Source: Octopus vulgaris
Lineage: Eukaryota
Direction: 5' to 3'
Assembly: GCA_951406725.2 (NCBI GenBank)
Contig: OX597814.1
Location: 215,760,001-215,824,000, forward strand
Length of the DNA: 64,000 bases
Both the position numbers and the translations under genes were made by a program. Positions 11,250 through 22,989 of this stretch are shown here, piece after piece. Position 1 is the first letter of the stretch, and each line of letters starts with the position of its first letter. A model generated the notes under the pieces. It worked only from the letters and a program-made list of their open reading frames with translations, was not told the DNA's origin and searched no databases.

Positions 11250-11945
11250 GGCTATTTGAAAACGCTATGAAAAAATACCGTTATACAAAGGGAAATTACT
11301 GTGTTATAACTCTATAAATGGATGGCTGACTAAGCGAAATGCTAATGTGAAAATTACAAAATAACGAGGACAGCTATATGCAATATAATACCAAATAGGA
11401 AAAATTCAATCGTCACTGTATATATACGATTATGTGTAGTAGTAGCTAAATCACTAATATATGTGTCGAAAATATAACATTATAACCCCTCAGTTTCTTC
11501 ATTAGTGTAGAGGGTTTCTTTTCTGATTTATGAACTACTAACCGATAAACATGTATATCTGTGTGTGAGTATGTAATATATACATATATGCATGCATCGC
11601 ATATACATACAAATATATATGTGTGCGTGTGCACGCGCGCGTATGTGTGTGCGTGTACTAAAGTGATCCTCGATGATAAGCCGCCATTAAGCATCCTGCT
11701 GAACTGGGAACATCAAATGCAGGGGAAACGTATGTAGGAGTGATTTTGACTTGTGTTTATCGTAATTTTTCCTATATTCACTCTGTATCCCACAGTTTTA
11801 ATACGATTATGTGTAGTAGTAGCTAAATAACTAAACTGGAAGCAGACCAGATGATGCTCAACTCAACAGTAGCAGTCGTACATTAATTTGCACATACGAT
11901 ATAAATATATATATATATATTTATTCAAATTTATATTTATATATA

Positions 11946-12245
11946 TATAAATTAAATTAGAGATAAAACCACTATTACGCAAATTAAACAGTGAAAAACA
12001 TAAGCCAAAACATAAAATTAATATAATTAATATAATATATCAAAAATATAAAATTTAAAATTTAAAATATTAAATTTAAAATTTTTTATATTTATAAATT
12101 TATTTAAATTTTTAAATTTTTTATATATTTTTTAAATTTTAAATTTATAAATTTTAAAACTTTTTTTGTTTATGTTTATGTTTTGGTTTATGTTTTTCAC
12201 TGATTGATTTGCCTAATAGTGGTTTTATCTCTAATTTAATTTATA
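11946..12245. repeat. Inverted repeat with ~70-bp arms and an almost pure-AT spacer
   Basis: 11946-12016 is the reverse complement of 12175-12245 with few mismatches. A third copy of the arm lies at 31187-31258. Confidence 0.85.
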
Positions 12246-12303
12246 TTTATATTGTGAAATTTTTCCCTGTAAGTTTGGATTTAATCCCTAATATTATTAT
12301 TTA

Positions 12304-12337
<34 letters not shown>

Positions 12338-12578
12338 CTCGTATATAGTGAAATCGACGAAAAGATAGAGTGAACCTACGGTGAGTGAAGCGATTTCTAA
12401 CGTTTCGGAAAAAGTTATTCTTCAGGATAAATCTGAGAGTGGAGAAATTAAAGAGAAGGGGCAAAAGTGGGCATATTTACAACATCTAAATTAGGAAAAT
12501 TAGCTATATAAACATATATGTATGTGAATATACATATGTGTACATATGTGCATATATATATATATATGTATATATATG

Positions 12579-12632
<54 letters not shown>

Positions 12633-12974
12633 TATATAAACACGTATGGATATCTATACATACATATATATATATATATATGTACATATATAAAAGTAAA
12701 GGTTCGTAACGGTTTAAATATGTATATATATGTGTGTGTGTGTATGTATATGTATAAGTATGTATATATACATACGCATGAATATATACATGCGTACCTA
12801 CAGACATATCCATATACATACATAGATGTATATATGTGTGAGCGCGCATGTGCGTGTGTGTGTGTGACTTTGTGCTTATCAGTGTATACTTGATTTAAAT
12901 TTATCATTAGAATAGTTGTAACTCCAATAACTTGTTAAAGATTTTAAAAACTTTTTTATTGTTAGTACTATTTT

Positions 12975-13027
12975 ACTATTATTATTATTATTATTATTAT
13001 CATTATTATTATTATTATCATTATTAC

Positions 13028-13099
<72 letters not shown>

Positions 13100-13152
13100 C
13101 ATTATTGTTATTATTATTATAATTATTATTATTATTATTATTAATATTATTA

Positions 13153-13183
<31 letters not shown>

Positions 13184-13255
13184 TGTTGTTATTATTATCA
13201 TTATCATTATTGTTATTATTATTATTATTGTTGTTGTTGTTGTTGTTGTTGTTAT
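12975..13255. repeat. Compound (TTA)/(TCA)/(TTG)n microsatellite
   Basis: Direct reading. A (CAT)n tract also lies at about 13625-13750. Confidence 0.95.
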
Positions 13256-14199
13256 GTTAGCTAAAGGGAAAAACAAACTTATAAAAAAAAAATTAACTAT
13301 TAATGGATAAGAAAAATTAAAAATAAATGTTATTATGCAAGAATCAGATTTGATCGGAGCAACAAATAAAATATAACTGAATGTAATTTTTGGAATGAAG
13401 ATCGATATTGGTTTTTCAGACAAGGAATACATTTACAGTTTTTATTGGAATTGTGCAGGCATAGGTTTGGGTAGTCAGTTAGATGTTACGTATTATTAAA
13501 AAAAATAAATAAAGGAAAGAAGAAAAATTCTAAAGAAATAATCTTATAAAAGCTTTCAAGATGCGTTGTAAATGCGCTGAAAAAATTATTTATTATAAAA
13601 TATATAAAGAATTACAATTACGTTATTATCATCATCATCATCATCATCATCACCACCATCGTCTTCATCATCATCATCATCATCATCACCACCATCATCG
13701 TCATCATCACCACCATCATCGTCATCATTACCATCATCATCGTCGTAGTCATTATTCTGTAATTTATTTTCATTGTGTACTTTCACTGCACAGCCAATTG
13801 CAAAAGTACGTTTTGAGTTTGTGAAACATTTTGTTTGTCTTCAGCCGAAACGTAGAGAAAGCAACGATCGGCATTAGGACACCGATCCGACTTATTTAAA
13901 CCGTGTACATACTTATTCTTTCTTGTATAACATTTGGGCAACCGGAAACAAGGTGGTTAATTGTTTCTTTCTAACCTCCATAAATTCTACAGTAACTTAC
14001 TTTTAATATTTTACGATTCGGATTACTGGACAATCTGGTTTTAACAGGTATGCAACCAGTCCAATCTTAAAAATCAGTTCAAATTAAATTAGGCATCGAT
14101 CTTTTAAAGCTCTTAGTAGGTACAGTCTGTCGTCATCAGCTTCTGATGAAGCATATTTTCTATAGTCAATATCTGGTATCAAATCTTTCGATGCTTTTC

Positions 14200-15940
14200 A
14201 GTTTCTGCTTGATGATGTTTGATGTCAGCACACGTATTAAGATTTTAGTAACTTTAACTAAATCAGCCACATTGAGTCCGCTCTTTAACAGCATAAGTAA
14301 GTAATATCTTGTAGTACTGCTTCCAGATCTTCTTCATGGCTGAGTGATGTATGCCATCGCCTTTGTTCACCTCTAGCATGTTTTAGGCGCTATTTTGGCT
14401 TAACTATTTATCAAGGTCTACGTCTGCCGTGTCAGTGTTAAAGTTTATGACTGCCGTATCAATGTAAAGGTCTAGGTCTTTCTACCTTCGACAGTTTTCT
14501 TTTTGTGAATATACCTTTGGCACACTTTGTCTCTTCCGAACTCCATTTTTGACGTTGTCACTGAGTTTTAATATTGGTGAGTTAGCCGTGAGTAAGCCTT
14601 TTTGCTGATACTTTACTTTTCTCGGGATAAACGCCTTATGATTTGTAATGTTGAACAGTTGGTTCAGTTCATCATTTTGAGAGTTGAAACCGTAGCTGCT
14701 GTTGATCTGTAGGTTACTGAGTTGTGTTAGTTTAAGGCAAAACATCAGTGATGATAGTGAGACACCGTGAGAAATTCCACATTTTATATTGATTATCCAT
14801 CTGCTCAGTGTGGTTCAACGAATCTTCAAACTCTCCGTCATGAATTCGATAGTGATTGAATAAATTCTATAAAATTTGAGACTCTTTCATATTGAAGAAC
14901 GGGACACGCTTTCAAACGCCTTCTTGTAGACGATTCATATCATCAATAGTTTTGTTCTTTATTTCCTCGTTTGCAACATGACTTTATTGGGGAGGGCTTT
15001 TTTTTTTCACCCTTTTCAAGCCTAGCCAGGCGCATAGGCCCGGTTTCTGTGGCGTATGTGTTCCTCCCAGCTGGACGGGACGCCAGTCTATCGCAGCGTT
15101 AAAAGCCTAGCTAGACTTTCCTGGGCCCAGTTTCCCAGTTTCAGTAGCGTAAGTGTTCCCCAGTTGGACGGGACGCCAGTCCATCGCAGCGTTACTCATT
15201 TTTGCCAGCTAAGTGGACTGGAGCAACGTGAAATGAAGTGTTTTGTTCTAAAACACAACGCGTCACCCGGTCTAGGAATCGAAACCACAATCTTACGATC
15301 ATGCTGCTGACACCCTAACCACTAAGCCACGCGCCTCCACTTATTGAGGAGTAGCTGCTGCTTATATCCATAGCTTCGTTTCACATCTTTTCTGCTTTTG
15401 TAACAGGTGGTATTGTTGAACAATCTATAGGACTTCTCAGTGATGAGAGAGATGATGATGTTGTATTGAGTATTGAATCTGTAATTTTTTGGGATGCTGC
15501 ATTGTCTCTGTCTCTTAGGAGTAATACGCGGTACCTCATATAAGATATTCTATTCGAGGCATCCCTCTAGATTCTTGAAGCTCTTAGTCCTATCATTAAC
15601 TGCTGGTGCATATTCTTTATTGTTAGCATATTGCTTGTCTTGGTGTCCTGCCTTTTGATGCCATTCAGTTTCTGGTGCATGACCTGAGATTACATCATTG
15701 TAAGGTCACGAGGGGTATCTTCGTAGAGTCTGAGTAATTTCTTGGAACAGAAGTTAGCAACTCCATGTGTTCCCGTGTATTCACGCTGTCTTCCAGTTGT
15801 TGGTCTTGATGAAAGCAACAGACACATCGTAGGTGTTGAAATGTAACCATTTCTTTCTTCTCAATGCGTTTATGTTGATCCTGTTATTACTACATCTGTG
15901 TAACTCCCTCATTGTGTATTTTGTTGCTTTCTCAGATCTT
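14200..15940 (-). mobile_element. Highly degraded Dong/R4-type RT region, interrupted by a SINE
   Basis: Minus-strand remnants IVYKKAFESV (DYKKAFDSV-like) near 14905-14935 and GISHGVSLSSLMFCL (GIFQGDSLSPLLFCL-like) near 14735-14780. Boundaries are approximate. Confidence 0.6.
15010..15341 (-). mobile_element. tRNA-derived SINE with duplicated 3' segment
   Basis: The head matches the 1690-2006 SINE but the 3' half differs (GCGATGGACTGGCGTCCCGTCCA, present twice). The flanks TTATTGGGGAG and TTATTGAGGAG resemble a TSD. Confidence 0.85.
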
Positions 15941-15941
15941 T

Positions 15942-16735
15942 TCAATTCAATTCAATTCAACTTTTATTGGCTCAAAAAGCAAAAGCAAGGCCATGTAGGG
16001 GGACAGGTAGTTATGTACAGGGAGGGTGGTCATACAGGCCATTTCTGGTCAAGAGAGACTTTGAACCGAGCGGTCGTCGGCATCTTCACTATCTCGTCCG
16101 GCAGCTTATTCCACGGATCCGCAACCCGGACGGGGAAAGCCCCCCTCCTTCGATTGAGATGAAATCGTCGCAGATAGAGCTTTTCGGAGTGACCCCGCAG
16201 CCCACGCTCTGGAGCAGGAGTGAAGAACAGCTCTTTCGAGACGTTCCACTTTCCGCTTATGATGTTGTGAGCGAGAATGAGATCACCACGGCGTCGTCGT
16301 TTTTCGAGAGAATAAAGGTGAGCGTCTTTAGCCTTTCTTCATAAAGAAAGATCTTATTAAAGAACTCCTAGATTTTTTCGACAGTGGGTAATTGCTGGAG
16401 CAAAAGCTCATTATCAAGACAGGTTAAAGACGCTCACCTTTATTCTCTCGAAAAACGACGACGCCGTGGTGATCTCATTCTCGCTCACATCATAAGCGGA
16501 AAGTGTAACGTCTCGAAAGAGCTGTCTTCACTCCTGCTCCGAGCGTGGGCTGCGGGGTCACTCCGAAAAGCTCTATCTGCGACGATTTCATCTCAATCGT
16601 GGAGAGGCTTTCCCCGTCCGGGTTGCCGGATCCGTGAATAAGCTGCGACGAGATGTGAAGATGCCGACGACCGCTCGGTTCAAAGTCTCTCTTGACCAGA
16701 AATGGCCAGTATGACCACCCTCCCTGTACATAACT
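15942..16735. mobile_element. Inverted pair of CR1/L2-type LINE 3' ends
   Basis: 15942-16330 (minus, (TTGAA)n tail) and 16426-16735 (plus) both match 1300-1660. Confidence 0.85.
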
Positions 16736-17016
16736 TTTGCTCCAGCAATCTTCTCTTTCTCTCTTTGCTGCTGGAAATTTTTCAGACATCACTTAGATAT
16801 ATTAGATTTCCTCGCAGTTTCCTGTTGGTTTTTTTTTCCTTGATTTTCTCTTTCCAAATTGGTTGTTTCCTTTTTAATGTTGTTGTCTTGGTTTTTCATC
16901 TAAAGTGTCTCCAATACATGAAACGTTTGCGTTCCATCCAGTCTTTGATGTTTCGTTGGTTGGTCTAATGACTACTGTCAAGTGGTAATCTTTCTTCAAC
17001 TTTATTATTATCCTTA

Positions 17017-17087
<71 letters not shown>

Positions 17088-17108
17088 TTTATTTTTATTA
17101 CTATTATT

Positions 17109-17159
<51 letters not shown>

Positions 17160-17164
17160 TTTTT

Positions 17165-17703
17165 TTTTTTCTTCTTTCAAATTTGCTTCCATTTCTTGCC
17201 GAGTGTCTTCCCGACTCCTAGGGCAAAGAAACTCATAGTATACATTGGTAGGCCATTAAACCAAACTCAGTAGTTCGTTCATTTTTTTTTTTTTTAAGTT
17301 AAATTAAAATACATGAGCAGCAACAGTTCTCACATCGACAATGCTCTTCTCAATACGTGTGATGTACCAGCTAAGACAATCTTTTGCACTTCTTGCAGGG
17401 ATGGTAAGCCAGGGATCATTCTCATATATTTTTTTTCGGTTCCCTTCTTGATCATTCCTAGTGCTCCTACGATCACTGGTATTGTAACCGCCTTGAGATG
17501 CCACATTTTCTCAATTTCAATGAGTAGGTCTTTATATTTTCTGAGCTTGTCAAACTCTTTCGCTGAGATATTATGATCACAGGGGATGCTCATGTCGATC
17601 AATAAGCAAACTTTATTGTTTTGGTCTTTCACAACAATATCTGGTTTATTGGCCTTGATGGTTCGGTCTGTATGTACTGGAAAGTCCCAGTACATACAGA
17701 CCA
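17165..17703 (-). mobile_element. 5'-truncated Dong/R4 copy flanked by (TAA)n
   Basis: WDFPVHTDRTIKANKPDIVVKD...IDMSIPCD...KYKDL...LRRALSM* plus a 3' UTR. Confidence 0.9.
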
Positions 17704-17760
<57 letters not shown>

Positions 17761-18148
17761 TTATCATCATCATCATTATTATTATTATTATTATTCTATG
17801 TTTGACTTTTGCTTTACATTTGTACAAGTTGGCTCCAAGTCTCACCCAGAGACCTCAAGAGACAACAGGTTGGAAGTTCATGTTGTTGTTATGCCTAGTG
17901 TGCCATATATTTGGTTTTGTATTTAGTGTTGTACTAGTGGATGTCTATAAAAAAAAAAAATTTTAATTATGTTTGTTTTAAAACTTGAGATTACATAGAA
18001 AGTATTTTGCGTACGATGTAAGCAGTTCCCATGAGCACTATCTTTTGAATTTCTGCCATTTTGGGGTTTCCTGGTATCTGTGTTAGGTAGCAATCAGCCC
18101 CTTTTGCTATCATTTCCAGGGCATCTATGACAACAGGTATTGTTTTAG

Positions 18149-18199
<51 letters not shown>

Positions 18200-18201
<2 letters not shown>

Positions 18202-18420
18202 GGCGGTGAGCTGGCAGAATCGTTAGTACGCTGGACGAAATGCGTACTGGTATTTCGCCCATCGCAACGTTTTGAGCTCAAATTCCGCCGAGGTCGACTA
18301 TACTTTTCATCCTTTCGGGGTCGATAAAATAAGTACCAGTTGAGTACTGGGATCGATGTAATCGATTCATCCACTCCCCCCCCCAAAATTGCTGCCCTTG
18401 TGGCAAAAATTGGAAACCGT
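18200..18420 (+). mobile_element. SINE (AAGGCGGTGAGCTGGCAGAA family)
   Basis: Matches the 52193-52400 copy. Confidence 0.85.
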
Positions 18421-18504
18421 TACTATTATATGAAAACTCACAGCTTATTTTGCTGGGTATGATGGAAAGTGTCAGCTGTCCACAGCCAGCAGACTCAGGT
18501 GACA

Positions 18505-18620
18505 CTTGTTCACTGGTCATGCTTCAAGAACCCTGCGAAGAATTTTGGCAGTTCCAAGCATTGCTGATTTTTGTAGGTGTGCTACCTTCACACTTGCACC
18601 TATCCTTTTCAACCATGTTG
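18505..18620 (-). mobile_element. Extreme 3' end of an RLE-type (Dong/R4-like) LINE abutting (TAA)n
   Basis: WLKRIG...LQKSAMLGTAKILRRVL* matches the C-terminus at 63300-63385. A similar scrap lies at 18030-18150. Confidence 0.75.
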
Positions 18621-18632
18621 TTTTTGTTGTTG

Positions 18633-18699
<67 letters not shown>

Positions 18700-18714
18700 C
18701 GCCTGTGATTTCAA

Positions 18715-18988
18715 AGAAAAAGGTAATGTAAAAGGAGAAGAAAGGGGACTCTCTACACCCCCTTTTTTTGACCAGGCTCCCGTTGGCTTTTGTAGGGTTT
18801 TTTCCACCAGGAACCTTTCGAGACGTCTCCCCCTTTTGGGAGTTTTTCATTGTTGAATTTTATAAGTTGTTATAAAGATTTTTACTCGATGTTTTAAAAA
18901 ACGGCAAAACCCTTTGTAACCTTTCGTCCTGTCTTGTCCCTTTATGTAATCATGCGTGTCAGCCCTTGTGGCCAATAAAAAAGAATTG

Positions 18989-18990
<2 letters not shown>
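18715..18990 (+). mobile_element. Probable LINE 3' UTR ending in AATAAAAAAG
   Basis: A pyrimidine-rich segment ends CCCTTGTGGCCAATAAAAAAGAA and lies between (TTA)n tracts. Family unknown. Confidence 0.35.
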
Positions 18991-19023
<33 letters not shown>

Positions 19024-19270
19024 GGCCGCCATACTGTGAAGTCACGGAAATTTGGTGCTCCAAAAGTTGAAAAAGTGTCTGTAATATTTTCGGCCTTCTA
19101 AGATGTATGTATAGATGTATGTATAGATGTATGTATTAGATGTATGTATAGATGTATGTATTAGATGTATGTATAGATGTATGTATTTGATGTATGTATA
19201 GATATCCATACGTCTTTTCCTTTCTGTTGTTACCATTACACTTCTGAGATTGTCTGGATTGCGCAGATAG

Positions 19271-19354
<84 letters not shown>

Positions 19355-19706
19355 GTGCGTGTAGAAATACCCCCTATTTTGCAGGGGATGTACATAAATA
19401 ATTTTTGAATTTTAACTGCTTTCGGCAAAAACAAATATTTCGCAATTTTCTGTAATTTCTTAATGATGGCTGATAAAGAAGCCATCATAATGTTGGACAA
19501 AGAAACGCGCTTCTTGTCGGGGGAAACTGAGAATAAGGAAAAAATTGAGAATATCAATTTCGAATGACCTAAACTTAATGACGTTACAGAGGCGAAAATT
19601 GTTTCGTCTCTAAGCAACGCCAAAACGTTCGGTGTCGACAAAGTGAACAACAACAGCAACAGCAGCAGCAGTGACAGCAACAACAACAATAACAGCAGCA
19701 GCAGCA

Positions 19707-21530
19707 GGAGGCGCAATGGCCCAATGGTTAGGGCAGCGGACTCGCGGTCGGAGGATTGCGGTTTCGATACCCAGACCGGGCGTTGTGTGTGTGTTTATTG
19801 AGCGAAAACACCTAAAGCTCCACGAGGCTCCGGCAGGGGTGGTGGCGACCCCTGTTGTAGTCTTTCGCCCCAACTTTCTCTCACTCTTTCTTCCTGTTTC
19901 TTGTCCCCGACTTCCTACGCAACCGCTGAGCCTGGATGCGCATTCATCTATCCGTCGATTCTCTCGGTGTCGGGGGTTGACCTGCTTTCTCTTCTGCGGG
20001 TCTTACAAATAGCAAAGGACCACGTTTCGGACTTCTCCCATCTTGCGAGCTCTGGGAAGAAGACCGTTCGCACAAAAACGCAAATATCGTCCTGCGTCTT
20101 TTGTATCAGCAGCGAGAAATATGTTTCCATATAGAAATATGTTTCCACATGGATGAGGAAGAATTTAAATTGGCAAGAAAATTTGTAAAAAGAGATGGGA
20201 AAAGGATAGCTTTAAACCCTCCATCCGACGTGATAGAAAATATCGCAAGATGCACGGTCACATACCGTTGCATCGGAGTTAAGTCTCGGCGGGTGGAAAA
20301 TGCTCTCGAGAGCGAAGTACAAAAATGCCTTGGACGCGTGTGGGAACAAAGACCCACATCACCCGAGGAAAGAAGTTTGGATCCACTGAGGTGAGATTTG
20401 GGACTGAAGAAGAAGCTAGATGTAATTTCGCAACCAATTTTAGGAATGACAACTTTTTCTTAATCCCCAGCTATCGCGGCCAACATGCCAAGATTAGGAT
20501 GTTGAATGTGCCGCCAGAAATATCCATTACCTGGTTAGTGGTGGCCGTCTTGGCAGGTTTAGAAGAAGACGAAGTCACAATACTGGAGGTCAAGAAACTA
20601 CCTAAGCAAAACTAGTTAGGTGTATGTATGAAACTGACCTTGCAATGCTGGCAGGACCATATCGACCAGATGGGTACTCATCTGTCAGTGTTCGTGGAGG
20701 GTAGAAATGTGGACCTGTAAAACACTTAAATGTTTCCTAACCAGAAACAATGGAAAATAAAGTCTCACCGCTGCCAGCATTACAAAAACCACAAGTGCAA
20801 AATCATAAACAAATGCTCAAGACTCCTACGCTTTCTCCCACACCCACGCCCAAAACCAAGACCAAGAAGGTGTCTATTCTCGGCTGCCGCAGAAAAGCAA
20901 GTTTCTCCTGAATGCTCTTCCTCCCAAACCAACATCAACTGCAATGACATGGAGAAGGAAGAGCTGAAGGATCAATGGATCACAGTGACAAAAAGAGGGA
21001 GGCGAAAGAGGAGGAGAGTACATAGCCCTACTCCAAGAAATCAACAAAAACTTATTCTGAAACCACAACTGCAGTACTAGGTCACAACCACTCCAACGAA
21101 AACAGCAAGAACAAGATCAACAACTTTAAAAACAGCAACATCATCAACAACAGTAAGAAACCGAGAAACAACCGATTACAGAACTTCAAAAATATTCACC
21201 AGACTATAAGACGAAATGAATCCATCAATTTCACTGTCGTCAGGCGCTCACTGTCCTCTACAAGTCGGGCAATAGGATCGATGGATGTTCCACTTTAGAT
21301 ATTTACAGAAGGTTAGTAACGGGGACGTGCTATGACTTCTTTGGGGAGATTCTAGGCGTGGACGAAGACGAACTGGCAAGTCTATTCCAGAGGACTTTCC
21401 GGTCGGGGACTGTTATGGATAATTTCCCGATGTCTTTGGCCTGGCAGTGCTACCGGTGGCGCTACCGGTTCGAAGACGGGCTCGTCCGAGGTGCTCGCAG
21501 AGCGACGAAACCGTTCTACATGCACTCATT
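19707..21530 (+). mobile_element. Internally deleted Tx1/L1-like LINE remnant with a tRNA-derived 5' head
   Basis: A box TGGCCCAATGG and B-box-like GGTTTCGATACC at 19717-19771. A frameshifted ORF1-like region starts at 20149 (..EVRFGTEEEA..KIRMLNVPPEI..). SLAWQCYR-ALPVR (zf-RVT-like) lies near 21430-21470. No EN/RT core is visible. Confidence 0.55.
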
Positions 21531-21606
21531 CAAGTGGTAATCTTTCTTCAACTTTATTATTATTATTATTATTATTATTATCATTATTATTATTATTATT
21601 ATTATT

Positions 21607-22152
21607 GAGTGAGAGAGCAGTGCATGCCTTCAAAGTGGCACTGGAGTACAAATATACGAAACCCAGTATACCCATTATGACTACCAGTCTGATAAGGGTA
21701 CACCAGGCACATGCATCACAAACATGTGCGCGACATGGTGATCTCACATCAAGATAAACAGTGCATGACCTTGCAGGTGGGGCCCAGTTAGAATTTTTTT
21801 TCGGGTCGAGTAACCTATCCTACTCAAAAGATCCCTGAATAAGAGTTGTTTAAGGATGTTGAACGAAACACCCATGTTTCTAGAGGTGAATTATTTAAAC
21901 CCCACAGAATTCCTCTCAACACATGGCTATGATGCTTCCTCACTACTTCTGCTCATGATCAGAGATGCACCTAACGTAAGCCACTAAAAGAATGCTCAAC
22001 TGGTTATGGTCAAACATCTGACAAGCAAATATGTGACATTGAGCAGAATATTTGCTGTAGCCTATCTTTTATACCAATACAAAACAATGTACATGATAAC
22101 ACTTCTAATCAGTTAAGATCAGAAGCTATGATCAGAAGCCTGGTACTGCATC
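21607..22152. mobile_element. Unclassified interspersed-repeat-like segment abutting (TTA)n
   Basis: Non-coding, compositionally distinct block beginning exactly at the end of a TTA tract. Confidence 0.35.
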
Positions 22153-22989
22153 CAAGGGCCCGGGAACAGGGGGTGCGCCTGCACCCCTTGAAATTTTCAA
22201 ATGGTGCAATATCAAAACTTTCACCCCCTACATAATTTTACCAGTTTCAGAAAATAGTCTAAAAAATTATCTGTATAAGATGCGTGAAGCTAGATTTCGT
22301 TTCAAAGCAAAAACAAAGAACAAAAATAAATAAATAAAAGTGATGAAGCTGGGCTTAAAATTCCCAAGGGAATTTATGACTAACCAACTTCTGAAGCAAA
22401 GTAGCGTCAAAATAAAAAGTGACAACAACAACAGTAGTAGCAAACAACAAGAACAACAACGTGACCGGCATCTACGGCTGCTCTTCAATACATAGCATTA
22501 CTTGGATTCTTGAAGACAGCTCTATTCTGACAAAAATAACTCCGAAATCTTGCAATGTTGGAAATGTGTGAAGATTCTTGTCCTCTCTCTATCTGTCACC
22601 TCTCTCGAGTTCTTTGTAGTTAATGTCACTAAAGACTGACGACATGGTTGAATGAATTCGACTGTTTGACCTCAGCCTAAAAATAAAAGCCCTTTTAAAA
22701 TTCTTTCAGTCATATCGGTTTTCTCATTTAGGTTGTTAGGTCCAAAGTTTAACAAGAGAACAAAATGATTTATTTTTATCTTTGATATTTAATGCTCATT
22801 GTTAAATAATCCGAGGATTATATCCAGCCTGGAACTAAGCAACTGAAGTGGAGGGATACGAACGCTTTCCTCGATACAACAAAAGACTTTCTCATACAAC
22901 AAATCATTACCCATCCAATTAGGGGAAAATAACATACTCGACTTTGTCTTTATTCATAATGTTCAGGTCATTCCCACAGCTATTTCCAA

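Noticed and set aside
12392-12434. Minus-strand CTGAAGA...CGAAACGTT
   Set aside because: The core boxes are present but stem II does not pair and stem I is irregular. It may be a relic but is not supportable alone.
14130-14155. TCATCAGCTTCTGATGA
   Set aside because: A simple hairpin with no GAAA box or stems; it lies beside decayed LINE sequence.
401-19716. Many ORFs with poly-YI, HT, VC, I, N, Y or H runs
   Set aside because: They are translations of (TA)n, (CA)n, (TAA)n and (CAT)n microsatellites, not genes.
19707-19785. Functional tRNA gene
   Set aside because: No complete acceptor stem or terminator; it matches the SINE head pattern.
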